From assembly GCA_050949405.1 (NCBI GenBank), contig JBMNFQ010000001.1, forward strand, positions 2,410,727 to 2,474,726: 64,000 nucleotides of DNA, in the 5' to 3' direction. The translations under genes and the position numbers were made by a program. The notes beneath the pieces are model-generated. The model was not told the DNA's origin and did no database searches. It worked only from the letters and a program-made list of their open reading frames with translations. Shown one piece after another: positions 27,293 through 37,387 of this stretch; positions within the stretch are counted from its first letter, which is position 1; each line of letters begins with the position of its first letter. Origin of the DNA: Limisphaerales bacterium (GTDB lineage Bacteria > Verrucomicrobiota > Verrucomicrobiia > Limisphaerales > UBA1412).

Positions 27293-27325
27293 CTCTTCCC
27301 TCCCCCTCGCAGAGGAAGGGAGGAG
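27293..27325 (-). other. Strong intergenic stem-loop without U-tract between the Tyr-rich gene and the S8 gene
   Basis: Minus strand CUCCUCCCUUCCUC-UGC-GAGGGGGAGGGAAGAG, followed by CGAAAGAG rather than U-rich sequence. Confidence 0.5.
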
Positions 27326-27423
27326 CCATCTTTGTCGCATGGGCATCCAGAGGATACTTTCCGCTAGAAGCTGGTTCCTCCCCATGTTACAGAATGCCTC
27401 TACACAACCACAACTGGAATCTA

Positions 27424-27939
27424 CTAGCACCAGTAGAAACGATAGTGATATCTGGGATACCGATATCGGTAGCTATAGACCGGGCGATAATAATGCACCG
27501 GACGATAGTAATAGGTGGGGTAATAGGTATAGGTGTAGCAATAGTAGCTGGGTGCCCAACCAAGCCCCACACCCAATCCGGCAAAACCAAAATAGAACCA
27601 CTGCGGGGTTGAGGTGGTTTGATCCATCTCATCCATGCTCTGGGCACCGGGTTTTGTAATCAAGTTCTTGTCGGCTACGATTTCAGCAATAACCTCATCC
27701 GCCGAGGAACTTTCGCTTTGCACTGCATCCTTGGAGATTGTCGTCGTGCCGGCATAGTAAGTCTCTTTACCATTCTCATCTACCTTAACGACAATCACAT
27801 TGGGATTGCTTTGGGCAGCAGTCTGAATGTTTGTATTAACCTTGCTCACTGCAGGAGCGGGGTCCATTTCAGAAGCTGCCGCTGCTATAGTCAGCGCCCC
27901 AATAACCAGAGCACTTGTCCACATTCTGTTTGCATTCAT
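27424..27939 (-). CDS. Secreted hypothetical protein with a Tyr/Arg-rich C-terminal core (precursor-like); alternative starts 27948 and 27987
   Basis: Signal peptide MNANRMWTSALVIGALTIAAA, acidic DEMDQTTSTPQW junction, 18 Tyr in the last 41 residues. Confidence 0.75.
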   Translation of the reverse strand: MNANRMWTSALVIGALTIAAAASEMDPAPAVSKVNTNIQTAAQSNPNVIVVKVDENGKETYYAGTTTISKDAVQSESSSADEVIAEIVADKNLITKPGAQSMDEMDQTTSTPQWFYFGFAGLGVGLGWAPSYYCYTYTYYPTYYYRPVHYYRPVYSYRYRYPRYHYRFYWC

Positions 27940-28170
27940 TATCTTCATAACATGATGCCGATGTTTTGTTCGGTTGAGTACTTGCACTTGCGCCGAAAAG
28001 CACTTGGAGACTGCAACATTTCATCCGGAGCAGACCATCGTATCTGCTCACTTTATTGGACGCCAAAGTCAGTGGTGTTATTCATTCTTTACTAGTAAGT
28101 ACTAACCGGTTCTTTCACTCCGGCTATTCTTTAGGATTGCAAAAAAATATCCTCTTCTTACCCTAGAGTT

Positions 28171-30555
28171 ATGGCGTCACGAAAACGCGGACAGAGGAAA
28201 GAAGAGCAATCCATTGAAAAACGCTGGGAAATAATCGGTATTACCGTCGTAGCTTTTGGCGTTTTACTCTTACTTGCCCTCCTGACTTATGACAAGAACG
28301 ACTTCACCTCTTCAACCACCCCTCGCCAAACAGCTAATTGGATAGGAATTTTTGGTGCCTACATTGCTCGTGGGTTTTTATGGGCTTTTGGGCTTGGCGC
28401 TTTTGGCATTCCACTCATCTTTATTGCCTGGGGGCTTTCCATTCCCATCTCCATACTAAAGCATCTGCAGCGCAGATGGCCCTGGATGATCCTGCTTGCT
28501 CTGGCCTTCTCCTGTGGAGCCGACATTCATAAAAACCTCTTTCCTGCCGGACTCTCAGAAAACCTCAGCACGATGAGCCCTGGAGGGTTTGCAGGTTATT
28601 TTTTGAGTAGATACGTCTTTTTTGTTTTTGGAAAAGTAGGCGCAACTACTGTTCTTTTAACCCTCTACATTATCAGCATTATTAGCCTAACCCATGTGAG
28701 GCTGGATGAATGGATAGCCTTAATCTTGGGGAAGATTCAAAAGCTAAGGGAAGAAGCCCAAATACGCCGCAAAGAAGCTGCAGAGCGAGTAGCTGAGAAA
28801 AAAGAAAAACAACTTGCTTTAGAAGCAAAAAAGGCTGAGGAAGAAGAGGAGCGCCAGCGTAAGGAGGAAGAGGCTCTTTCTGCAATAGTGGAGGAGGAAG
28901 CTCTTGAAGATGATACTGCCAAATCCGCTGTAGAAAAAGGAGCCTACAAAATTATCGATGCTTATAGCCCCGATAAACTTGCTCAAAAGAAGACTGTGGG
29001 CATCCTGCCCGTTCCTGAAAGCTCGGATGATTACCAGCTTCCCTCTACTGATCTCCTTGTTGAGCCTGAGCCTTATATCCAAAAAGGAGATGCAGAAGGA
29101 GAAATGGTAGCAAATGCTGACCGCATTCGCCAAACCTTGGCTGATTTCAATCTTGAAGTCAAACCAGGCAATATCACCCGAGGCCCTACCGTTACCCTTT
29201 ACGAGTTTTTGCCGGCTAAGGGGATTAAGATGTCCAAAATTACGGGGTTAAACGACAATCTTGCTGCAGCTCTTAAAGCGGTCAGTATTAATATATTAGC
29301 CCCTATCCCAGGAAAAAACTCTGTAGGAGTTGAGGTTCCTAATCGAGAAAAAATTAAGGTTGTAATGAGGGAGCTGTTAGAGTCTCCCGAGTGGGTTAAC
29401 TCAAAGGCCACCGTCCCGATAGCTTTAGGAAAAAACATCTATGGCAAACCAATCATAGCTGACCTCTCCGAGATGCCTCACCTCCTTGTGGCTGGCAGCA
29501 CTGGTTCAGGTAAGTCTGTCTGTATCAATGCGATTGTTGCTTCTCTTCTCTATAAGTTCTCTCCTGAAGAGCTCCGCTTTGTCATGGTGGACCCCAAGGT
29601 CGTTGAACTGCAGCAATACAACAATCTGCCACATATGATCGTTCCGGTGGTGACAGATCCCAAAAAAGTTGTTTTAACGCTCAAGTGGGTTGTGAGTGAA
29701 ATGGAGAAACGCTACAAAATTTTTGCAGAAGTGGGTGCTCGCAACATCAAAGGCTTTAACTCCAGAACAATAAAACCACCCAAAGAGGCTGAGGAAGAAA
29801 ATCAAAAGAAGTCCCAATCGAATCATCAGGATGATGATGAAGCCACAGAGGGAGTTGCTGTTGAATTAGATAAAGAGATCACAGTGCCGCGCGATGAAGA
29901 GCTTGTTATCCCTGATCGTCTGAGCTACATCGTCTTGATTATTGACGAACTGGCCGACCTCATGTTGGTGGCAGGCAAAGAGGTCGAAACTTTGATTACT
30001 CGCATTACTCAGATGGCTCGGGCGGCTGGAATCCACTGTATCGTTGCCACCCAACGTCCGAGTGTGGATGTGGTTACGGGAGTCATTAAATCCAACATAC
30101 CCACTCGAATTGCTTTTCAGGTTGCCGGAGCAGTCAACTCGCGCACTATTTTGGATTGTATGGGTGCTGAAAAGCTTTTGGGCAAGGGAGATATGTTGTT
30201 TTTGCCACCGGGTAGCGCACGCACGACCCGTATCCAGGGGGCTCTCATCACTGATAGCGAAATCAATACTTTATTAGACTTTATTTCCGAGCAGGCTAAA
30301 CCGAATTTCTTTGAAGACTTCCTAAGGCAACTTAATCAAGCTGACTCTGAAGAGTTTGAACAAGAAGACGATGAAGATGAAGAGCTGGTCCAAAAGAGCA
30401 TAGATGTCATCTATACGCGCAATCGTGCCAGCGTCTCGATGCTGCAAAGGGACCTGAAGCTGGGTTACAATCGGGCTGCCCGCATTATGGAAATCTTGGA
30501 ACGCCGGGGAATCGTAGGCCCCAGCAGAGGTTCAAAAGACCGCGAGATATTATAG
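28171..30555 (+). CDS. ftsK: DNA translocase FtsK/SpoIIIE
   Basis: N-terminal TM domain, GPTVT, PHLLVAGSTGSGKS, IIDELADLM, ATQRPS, GAEKLLGKGDML, gamma domain GYNRAARI. Confidence 0.96.
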   Translation: MASRKRGQRKEEQSIEKRWEIIGITVVAFGVLLLLALLTYDKNDFTSSTTPRQTANWIGIFGAYIARGFLWAFGLGAFGIPLIFIAWGLSIPISILKHLQRRWPWMILLALAFSCGADIHKNLFPAGLSENLSTMSPGGFAGYFLSRYVFFVFGKVGATTVLLTLYIISIISLTHVRLDEWIALILGKIQKLREEAQIRRKEAAERVAEKKEKQLALEAKKAEEEEERQRKEEEALSAIVEEEALEDDTAKSAVEKGAYKIIDAYSPDKLAQKKTVGILPVPESSDDYQLPSTDLLVEPEPYIQKGDAEGEMVANADRIRQTLADFNLEVKPGNITRGPTVTLYEFLPAKGIKMSKITGLNDNLAAALKAVSINILAPIPGKNSVGVEVPNREKIKVVMRELLESPEWVNSKATVPIALGKNIYGKPIIADLSEMPHLLVAGSTGSGKSVCINAIVASLLYKFSPEELRFVMVDPKVVELQQYNNLPHMIVPVVTDPKKVVLTLKWVVSEMEKRYKIFAEVGARNIKGFNSRTIKPPKEAEEENQKKSQSNHQDDDEATEGVAVELDKEITVPRDEELVIPDRLSYIVLIIDELADLMLVAGKEVETLITRITQMARAAGIHCIVATQRPSVDVVTGVIKSNIPTRIAFQVAGAVNSRTILDCMGAEKLLGKGDMLFLPPGSARTTRIQGALITDSEINTLLDFISEQAKPNFFEDFLRQLNQADSEEFEQEDDEDEELVQKSIDVIYTRNRASVSMLQRDLKLGYNRAARIMEILERRGIVGPSRGSKDREIL

Positions 30556-30562
30556 CAGAAGT

Positions 30563-31654
30563 TTAGACCCATTCAGATTCAGGGTAAGAACCTAAAATTT
30601 TAACGTAGGCACCCCGTTTCTCCAGCTCAGTTATAGCTGCATTTACCTGCGCATCTTCTGTATGGCCTTCGATATCAAGGAAGAAGTAATACTCCCAAGC
30701 CTTCCTTTTATTGGGACGTGATTCGATCCGGGTCATATTTACCCTGGCCTTGGTAAACGGCTCCAGAGCTTCAAAAAGGGCTCCGACGCGATCGGGAACA
30801 CTAATCATCAAGCTGCTTCGGTCTTTACCTGTACGTGGCGGGCACTGGCGTCCCAGCACTAAAAAGCGTGTGAAGTTGGCCTGACTATCCTGAACATTAT
30901 CTTCTAAAATATCCAGATCGTATGTTTCTGCAGCCAGGGCTCCAGCCAGGGCCGCGCTGGAGGGATCGCTGGTCGCCAGCTCAGCGGCACGCGTCGTTGA
31001 AGAAGTTTCCACAATCTCAGCATAAGGCAAGCTGCGCTGTATCCAAAACCGGCACTGAGCAATCGCCTGGGGGTGAGAATATATTCGCCGGATATCCTCT
31101 TTTTTTCCTGAACCAATCAAACACTGGCGAATCCCCATCATAATTTGGGCGACAATCTTCAAATTTGTATCCACCAACATATCAAGCGTATTGTTCACCA
31201 CTCCTTCAGTGGAGTTTTCTACCGGCGCCACTCCATAGTCAGCGCAACCTTTACTGACTTCAGTAAAAACGTCGGCAACCGTCTTAAGCGGCAGATAGGT
31301 CAGGCTGGAGCCAAAGCGTTTTAGTGCAGCCTGGTGTGTAAAAGTCGCTTCCGGCCCCAAGTAGGCCACAACCAAAGTCTTCTGCAAGGCCAGTGCGGCA
31401 GACATGATTTCCCGATAGATAGCACAAAGGGAGGCATCTTTTACTGGTCCCTGGTTCATTGATTTAATACGGTCAAAAACCTCTTTTTCCCGGTGGGGCG
31501 CATAGATTTCCTGGCCATCGCGCTGTTTGATTTCACCGATACCCACAGCATGGGAAATCCGCTTGTTCAGGAGCTGTACAATCTCCCCATCCAAACGGTT
31601 AATCTCTTTCCGATGGTGCTCAAGCTTCTGCTCTGTAAGGTTTTCTTTATTCAT
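30563..31654 (-). CDS. pheA: Chorismate mutase / prephenate dehydratase
   Basis: N-terminal CM domain, YLGPEATFT, PVENSTEG, SHPQAIAQC, NFTRF, ACT domain IESRP. Confidence 0.95.
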   Translation of the reverse strand: MNKENLTEQKLEHHRKEINRLDGEIVQLLNKRISHAVGIGEIKQRDGQEIYAPHREKEVFDRIKSMNQGPVKDASLCAIYREIMSAALALQKTLVVAYLGPEATFTHQAALKRFGSSLTYLPLKTVADVFTEVSKGCADYGVAPVENSTEGVVNNTLDMLVDTNLKIVAQIMMGIRQCLIGSGKKEDIRRIYSHPQAIAQCRFWIQRSLPYAEIVETSSTTRAAELATSDPSSAALAGALAAETYDLDILEDNVQDSQANFTRFLVLGRQCPPRTGKDRSSLMISVPDRVGALFEALEPFTKARVNMTRIESRPNKRKAWEYYFFLDIEGHTEDAQVNAAITELEKRGAYVKILGSYPESEWV

Positions 31655-32360
31655 GAGTGTTATTTAGGTTTTCAAGGTTAGCATCCTCAGTAAGAGGCAG
31701 CTCTCTTTGGCCGGCAGCCGCCTCAACTTCTTCGGGACGGCTTCCTTCTTCGGTCTGCTTTTCTACTTCTTTGCCGACTGTCTGTAAAGGATTTATTGCA
31801 TATCGGCGCAATTCCGACGCATTGGGCAGCTCATCAAGTGAGGATAAGCCAAAATATTGCAAGAACTCAGGAGTCGTTCCGTAGAGAGTCGGTCTGCCGG
31901 GCAAGTCGGCCTTACCCAGTTGGCACACCAGCTTTCTCTCGAGCAAGGTTCCAATAACACCATCCACGGAGACTCCACGGATATCCTCCATTTCTGAGCG
32001 GGTCATCGGCTGCCGATAAGCGACGATCGCCAAGGTTTCAAGCGCCGGAGGGGTTAGGCGTGGCGGACGCGGTTTTTCTCCTGTTAGAAAACGAATCCAG
32101 GGGGCATATTCGGGCAAGGAGACAAACTGCCAGCTCTCTGCCACACATGCCAACCGCCAGCTCCTGTTTAGCTGCTCATACTCTTCTTGGAGAAATCTCA
32201 GCTCCTGCTCAATTTGTTCACCCTTTACATTCTGAAACGTCTTGAGCGCGAGCTCCTCACTTTCAGTCCCCACGGCGTGGAGGATCTTGCGGATCTCCTC
32301 CACAGATAGAGGGCTCGAGTAAGAAAAAAGCAGAGACTCTATGATTGATCTTAGTTCCAT
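31647..32360 (-). CDS. scpB: SMC-Scp complex subunit ScpB
   Basis: IIESLLF, ALETLAIVAYRQP.TR..E.IRGV, GRPTLYGTT..FL..FGL. Confidence 0.93.
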   Translation of the reverse strand: MELRSIIESLLFSYSSPLSVEEIRKILHAVGTESEELALKTFQNVKGEQIEQELRFLQEEYEQLNRSWRLACVAESWQFVSLPEYAPWIRFLTGEKPRPPRLTPPALETLAIVAYRQPMTRSEMEDIRGVSVDGVIGTLLERKLVCQLGKADLPGRPTLYGTTPEFLQYFGLSSLDELPNASELRRYAINPLQTVGKEVEKQTEEGSRPEEVEAAAGQRELPLTEDANLENLNNTHE

Positions 32361-32408
32361 CGCAGTTTGTTCTATCTTTTCTCCCAGGGCTCAACAAAAA
32401 CAGACTCT

Positions 32409-33158
32409 CTAAAAAGAAACCTTAGCGGGTTCCGAAATATCGCTGATATTAATCTCACCAAATGTTTCGGATTGTTCCAGCGAAACCTCATGCAGGCGGG
32501 CCAACTCCAAAAGAGCCAGAAAAGTCACCACTACTTCAAGGCGTGTTGTGGCTGACCTGAACAACTCCGAAAAAAGCATCCGTCCGGACTTGCGCAAGGT
32601 GTCTTTGAGATAAGTTATTTTTTCACGGACGGTCCAGCGCTCTCCTTCAATTTCTTGTGGCAGACCACGTTCCTGCATCCTTTCAAGCGCACTGTCAAGC
32701 GCTCGCAAAAGATCCATGAGCGAGACATTGAGTTTGAGTTCCTCTTCACGGGCAGGAAAGTTCTGTTTCCCAATTTGATGGGGGAAAACATCTTTCTGTT
32801 CGCTCTCCCACCGCTGCAGCCTCTCAGAGACCTCTTTAAACTTCTTGTACTCCACCAGGCGCTGAATCAATTCCCAACGTGGATCAATCGCATTCTCATC
32901 TTCCAGGTCTTCAAGAGAGCGTTGGTCTACAGGGAGCATCTCCTTGCTTTTAATCCAGACCAGAGTGGCGGCCATCACCATAAACTCTCCGGCAACATCC
33001 AGGTCCGCCTTCTTCATCTCTTCCAGATATTCAATGAATTGCGCTGCTATTCGTGTGAGATTAACCTCATAGATATCCACCTCTTCCTTCTTAATCAGGT
33101 AGAGGAGTAAATCCAGGGGCCCTTCAAAAACAGGGAGTTGTATTTTGTACTCAGCCAT
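32409..33158 (-). CDS. scpA: Segregation and condensation protein ScpA
   Basis: FEGPLDLLLYLI, AGEFMVMAATL..IKS, VVTFLALLEL. Confidence 0.93.
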   Translation of the reverse strand: MAEYKIQLPVFEGPLDLLLYLIKKEEVDIYEVNLTRIAAQFIEYLEEMKKADLDVAGEFMVMAATLVWIKSKEMLPVDQRSLEDLEDENAIDPRWELIQRLVEYKKFKEVSERLQRWESEQKDVFPHQIGKQNFPAREEELKLNVSLMDLLRALDSALERMQERGLPQEIEGERWTVREKITYLKDTLRKSGRMLFSELFRSATTRLEVVVTFLALLELARLHEVSLEQSETFGEINISDISEPAKVSF

Positions 33159-33311
33159 GAAGCTCTCTCAAAAGCCACATCATCATTACCGGTTTTGGGC
33201 TTTTTTGCAATCCTTTCAGAAGCCAGTAACTCACAAAACGCTTTTGCCATTCCTTAGCACGAGATACCGATACCAGCAGGCAGGCATGTTCAAAGACCTG
33301 TGCAGCATGGT

Positions 33312-34790
33312 TCAATCGCGACTCACCCCTTCAAAGAAACTGTCCAGGCTATCAGGCTTGCTTTCCTTTACAATAGACTCCAGGCTCCCCTCCTTTAAAA
33401 AGGTAAGAATAGTAGCTCCTTTGGATAACTCTGCCTTATCCCTGACAACGCTCTTGCTCGAAGCATCTATGGTGATTGAGTATCCTCTTTTAAGGCTGGT
33501 TTTCGGGTCCAGCAGCTCAAGAGAGCGTTTCAAGTAATCCAGGTCAGCGCGGGAAGTCGTTAAACACTTCTGGAAACTATCGAAAACTCTACGCTTGCTT
33601 TCCTGAAGCTCGGCGTTCGCATTTGCCAGACGCTCAGGAAGCCGTTGTGCCAGAAATCTCTCTTTGAGATGTTGTGTCTCGTTAACACAATTGCCAAGCT
33701 TGTTCTGCATAATACGCTCCAATAGCTGGCTGATATCATCCAGTCGCAGATAAAAATCCTCCACTCTTTTTTGGGGTGAAAGAATAGCCAGCTGGCGGCT
33801 CAAGTTTTCCATTTCTCCAGCGGCCCAGCTGTAAGCACGCTCTGCCCAAAGAGTCATTCGGCTAAAGCTCTCTCTCAGCTCTTCACGCAAAGTTACAAGG
33901 TTCTGAACAATAAATTCAGCGGCGGCGGTGGGTGTGGCTGCGCGATAATCGGCTACAAAGTCACTGATACAAAAATCAATTTCGTGGCCAACTGCAGAGA
34001 TAACCGGCAGGGCCGAAGCCGCAATTGCCCTGGCGAGCGCCTCCTCATTGAAACACCAAAGATCTTCTATGCTGCCACCGCCACGAGTGAGCAGGATCAG
34101 GTCAAGCTTTTCACTCCTCTCGCTCTGAGAGTGATAAGAATTGAGACGCTCAACCGCTTTTACAATATCGGCGCTGGCCCCCTCACCTTGCACTTTGACA
34201 GGAGCCAAAACAACATCCAGCTCCAAAAAACCTTCCTCGTTTCTAAGAACTTTAAGTATATCCTGCAAAGCGGCCCCCGTCGGGGAAGTAACAATACCTA
34301 CTCTCCTCGGATAAAGCGGAATGGGGCGTTTGCGCTCCGGAGAAAAGAGCCCTTCAGCCTGGAGTTTCTTTTTGAGTTTTTCAAACTCCGCTGCAAGCTT
34401 TCCAATGCCCTCTTCCTCAACTTGCCGAACAATCAACTGGTATTGCCCCCGAGGCTCATAAAGACTTATATCTCCTTGCAGAGTCAGCTTTTTGCCGTCG
34501 GCGATCATTTTTCGATCTACCCCTTGAGCGCTTCTGAAAAGAACGCACTGAATTTGAGCTCCTGAATCTTTGAGCGTAAAGTAACAGTGACCCGAGCTCT
34601 GCGCCCTGAATCCGGAAACCTCTCCCGTTACCCAGATTGTGGTAAAGCGCTCCTCCAGCAGAAGTTTAATTTCTGAAGTCAGCTTTTCTACCGAATAGAC
34701 CTTACGTTTCGGCTCTTTTTCAATCTGCTCTTCCTCTTTTTGCGGTGTAAGCAGATCATCAAAATTCCACTGTACAAACTCTTCTCCCAT
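33312..34790 (-). CDS. xseA: Exodeoxyribonuclease VII large subunit
   Basis: WVTGEVSG, SGHCYFTLKD, VTSPTGAALQD, RGGGSIEDLWCFN, VGHEIDF, TPTAAAE. Confidence 0.95.
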   Translation of the reverse strand: MGEEFVQWNFDDLLTPQKEEEQIEKEPKRKVYSVEKLTSEIKLLLEERFTTIWVTGEVSGFRAQSSGHCYFTLKDSGAQIQCVLFRSAQGVDRKMIADGKKLTLQGDISLYEPRGQYQLIVRQVEEEGIGKLAAEFEKLKKKLQAEGLFSPERKRPIPLYPRRVGIVTSPTGAALQDILKVLRNEEGFLELDVVLAPVKVQGEGASADIVKAVERLNSYHSQSERSEKLDLILLTRGGGSIEDLWCFNEEALARAIAASALPVISAVGHEIDFCISDFVADYRAATPTAAAEFIVQNLVTLREELRESFSRMTLWAERAYSWAAGEMENLSRQLAILSPQKRVEDFYLRLDDISQLLERIMQNKLGNCVNETQHLKERFLAQRLPERLANANAELQESKRRVFDSFQKCLTTSRADLDYLKRSLELLDPKTSLKRGYSITIDASSKSVVRDKAELSKGATILTFLKEGSLESIVKESKPDSLDSFFEGVSRD

Positions 34791-34827
34791 TATTTCCTCT
34801 GCTTAATGAAACTATTTAAATTAAAGC

Positions 34828-35616
34828 TTAACTTTCCAGTTTTTCAAATATCCTCTCAATACCCGTGCTTTTGCCGGTTTGCTTATCTATGGTAACCAGC
34901 ACTGCACTGAAGCGGATATCTTCACTGGCCACCTCAAAACGCTGGGGCATACCTGTTAGAAAACGCTTCAGAACCGGCTCAATTCGGCGTCCAATGACGC
35001 TTTCATGAGGACCGGTAAAGCCAACATCACACAAAAAAGCTGTTCCTCCTGGGAATATCTGTTCATCAGCCGTCTGCACATGAGTATGCGTTCCCACAAC
35101 GGCGGAGGCTTTGCCGTCCAGGAAACGCCCCATGGCAATTTTTTCGCTGGTAGCCTCTGCATGAAAATCGACGAACACCACAGGAGTCTCTTCTTTTAAA
35201 AGCGGCATCAGCTCCGAGGCTACTCGAAACGGATCATCCACCGGGTTCATGAAGGTGCGCCCCTGCAAGTTAAGTACCCCAACTGGGGGGCAAAATCCAC
35301 TAACCTCAAAAACACCCCATCCCCTGCCAGGAACGCCCTCAGGGTAATTAGCCGGCCGCAGCATCCGCGTTTCTTTCTCAATATACTGAGGAAGCTCTCT
35401 TTGGTCCCAGGTGTGGTCTCCCAGGGTAATTACGTGAACTCCAGCGCGGAAAAGCTCTTCTGCCGTAGCCGCTGTGATTCCTGAGCCCCCGGCTGCATTT
35501 TCTCCATTGGCAATGACGGCATCCACCTGGCGCTCCTTCACCCAAACCGGCACTCTTTTTCTGACCGCCTCCCTGCCTGCACGCCCCACAATGTCTCCTA
35601 TAAATAGAATCTTCAT
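34828..35616 (-). CDS. ymdB: TIGR00282-family metallophosphoesterase (YmdB-like)
   Basis: MKILFIGDIVG, ANGENAAGG, TLGDH, DFHAEATSEK, GTHTHV. Confidence 0.9.
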   Translation of the reverse strand: MKILFIGDIVGRAGREAVRKRVPVWVKERQVDAVIANGENAAGGSGITAATAEELFRAGVHVITLGDHTWDQRELPQYIEKETRMLRPANYPEGVPGRGWGVFEVSGFCPPVGVLNLQGRTFMNPVDDPFRVASELMPLLKEETPVVFVDFHAEATSEKIAMGRFLDGKASAVVGTHTHVQTADEQIFPGGTAFLCDVGFTGPHESVIGRRIEPVLKRFLTGMPQRFEVASEDIRFSAVLVTIDKQTGKSTGIERIFEKLES

Positions 35617-36037
35617 TGTTTTGACTCTTCGGAAAATTCTATATGAAGAGCGCCGCCATAAAAAGGCCAAACTTGTTTGCGGTTACTCTCACATACACCA
35701 GATAGTGGCAATGCCCCTTTTTGAGAAGGCATAAAGAGATGCCCTCCCTATAACCCACAAGTCATAAACCGGCAAGTAAAGGTATGGTGGATGCTTCGTG
35801 TAAAGTTCTTCTACCCTCTACGATTCAGTGCTCAAGACACTGGTCTCATAACCATGAGTGCATTCCAAAAATGTTGCGGCAGAGATTTTTTCATAAGCTA
35901 CTTGCGGTTTATCACCGAGGGGGAAGTCTTCTATTCAAAGCATCAACTTTTGAGCTGGATATTTTGCCATAGCCTGTATGTGGAAGTTCTTTTTCTTGAC
36001 GTGTATGCTGCAAGCGTGGATAACTCAAGGAGCTTTT

Positions 36038-37387
36038 ATGAGTGCTCGAGGAAACTGGTCTGGAACATACGGCTTCACTATTGCGGCGATAGGCTCCGCC
36101 GTAGGGTTAGGTAATTTATGGCGATTCCCTTACCTGACAGGAATGAACGGTGGAGGCGCCTTTGTGCTGCTCTACCTGGTGATGGTAGTTTTTGTGGGGG
36201 TAAGCCTGCTCATTGCGGAGCAGGCGCTGGGGAGGTATGCCGGCACAAGTCCCTATGGCGCATTTCGCTCCATCCATCCCAAGTTTGGTTTTGTCGGCAC
36301 CATGGCAATCCTGGCTAATTTTTTGATTCTCTCCTTCTATAGCATGATTGGTGGATGGGTGATCTACTACTTAGCCTATTCCGCTATTGCTCCTCAGACG
36401 CTGACAGCAGAAGGATTTGAGCTTTTTTCGGCTTCCGTTTTCCACCCCCTGCTTTGCCAATTTATCTTTTTAGCTCTGACCGGCTTTTTTGTCTGGCGTG
36501 GCGTCTCCAAAGGAATTGAATGGGGGAACCGCTTCATGATGCCACTGCTTTTCCTGATACTGGCCTTGATAGTGGTCCGCTCTTTGACTTTACCGAACGC
36601 TATGGAGGGAGTTCGTTTTTTCTTTGCACCAGATTTTTCAAAAATCAATGCCCCTACAGTAATTGCTGCTTTGGGGCAGGTCTTTTTCTCTATGAGTGTT
36701 GGTTTTGGTATCATGCTGACCTACTCCAGCTATCTGGGCAAGGAGACCCCGCTGAGCCGCACAAGCTGGCTGATTGCCATGAGCAACAGTTTGGTAGCGG
36801 TTTTGGCGGGACTGGCAATTTTACCTGCCGTTTTTTCCTTTAAAATGGAACCGGCACAGGGGCCGGGCCTTCTTTTTGTGGTTATACCCGAAATTTTCAG
36901 ACAAATGCCGGGAGGCTATTTCTTTGGGATTCTTTTTTTCCTACTCGTCTTCTTCGCAGCGCTGACCTCCTCGATATCTGTTTTAGAAGTACCAGTATCC
37001 TACTTCGTAGATGAACGAAAACTATCGCGGCGCAAAGCCGTTATTGTTGCCTCGCTTATCATTACCCTCCTGGGCACTCTCTGTACGCTCTCAATGGGTA
37101 GCACGCTGGGTTGGTTTAGGGTATATGGAATGAATATTTTTGACCTTTTTGACTTCACCAGCAACAACATGCTCCTCCCAGTAGGCGGCCTGATGCTTTG
37201 TATTCTGGTTGGCTATGTGTGGAAACCGAAAAACGTTTTGGCTGAGGTAACGCAAGGCGGCAAACATCCTTTCTGGGGTGAAAAGTATTGGCTTTTCCTG
37301 ATTAGATATCTGGTGCCGCTGGCAATTATAGTGATTTTAGTTAGCGGCTCAGGCATCCAGCAAATCATTGAATCATTCTTCGAATAA
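36038..37387 (+). CDS. Sodium-dependent transporter, SNF/NSS family
   Basis: IGSAVGLGNLWRFPY, GGGAF, GQVFFSMSVG, GPGLLF; AAGGAG RBS before ATG 36038. Confidence 0.92.
   Translation: MSARGNWSGTYGFTIAAIGSAVGLGNLWRFPYLTGMNGGGAFVLLYLVMVVFVGVSLLIAEQALGRYAGTSPYGAFRSIHPKFGFVGTMAILANFLILSFYSMIGGWVIYYLAYSAIAPQTLTAEGFELFSASVFHPLLCQFIFLALTGFFVWRGVSKGIEWGNRFMMPLLFLILALIVVRSLTLPNAMEGVRFFFAPDFSKINAPTVIAALGQVFFSMSVGFGIMLTYSSYLGKETPLSRTSWLIAMSNSLVAVLAGLAILPAVFSFKMEPAQGPGLLFVVIPEIFRQMPGGYFFGILFFLLVFFAALTSSISVLEVPVSYFVDERKLSRRKAVIVASLIITLLGTLCTLSMGSTLGWFRVYGMNIFDLFDFTSNNMLLPVGGLMLCILVGYVWKPKNVLAEVTQGGKHPFWGEKYWLFLIRYLVPLAIIVILVSGSGIQQIIESFFE

Noticed and set aside
28093-28110. Short palindromes (TAGTA-AG-TACTA, AACCGGTT) upstream of the Tyr-rich gene as an operator
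   Set aside because: Too short to distinguish from chance in AT-rich divergent promoter DNA
35680-36030. Riboswitch or T-box upstream of the NSS transporter
   Set aside because: No recognisable T-box, lysine, glycine, SAM or TPP consensus found by eye; an Rfam scan would be needed
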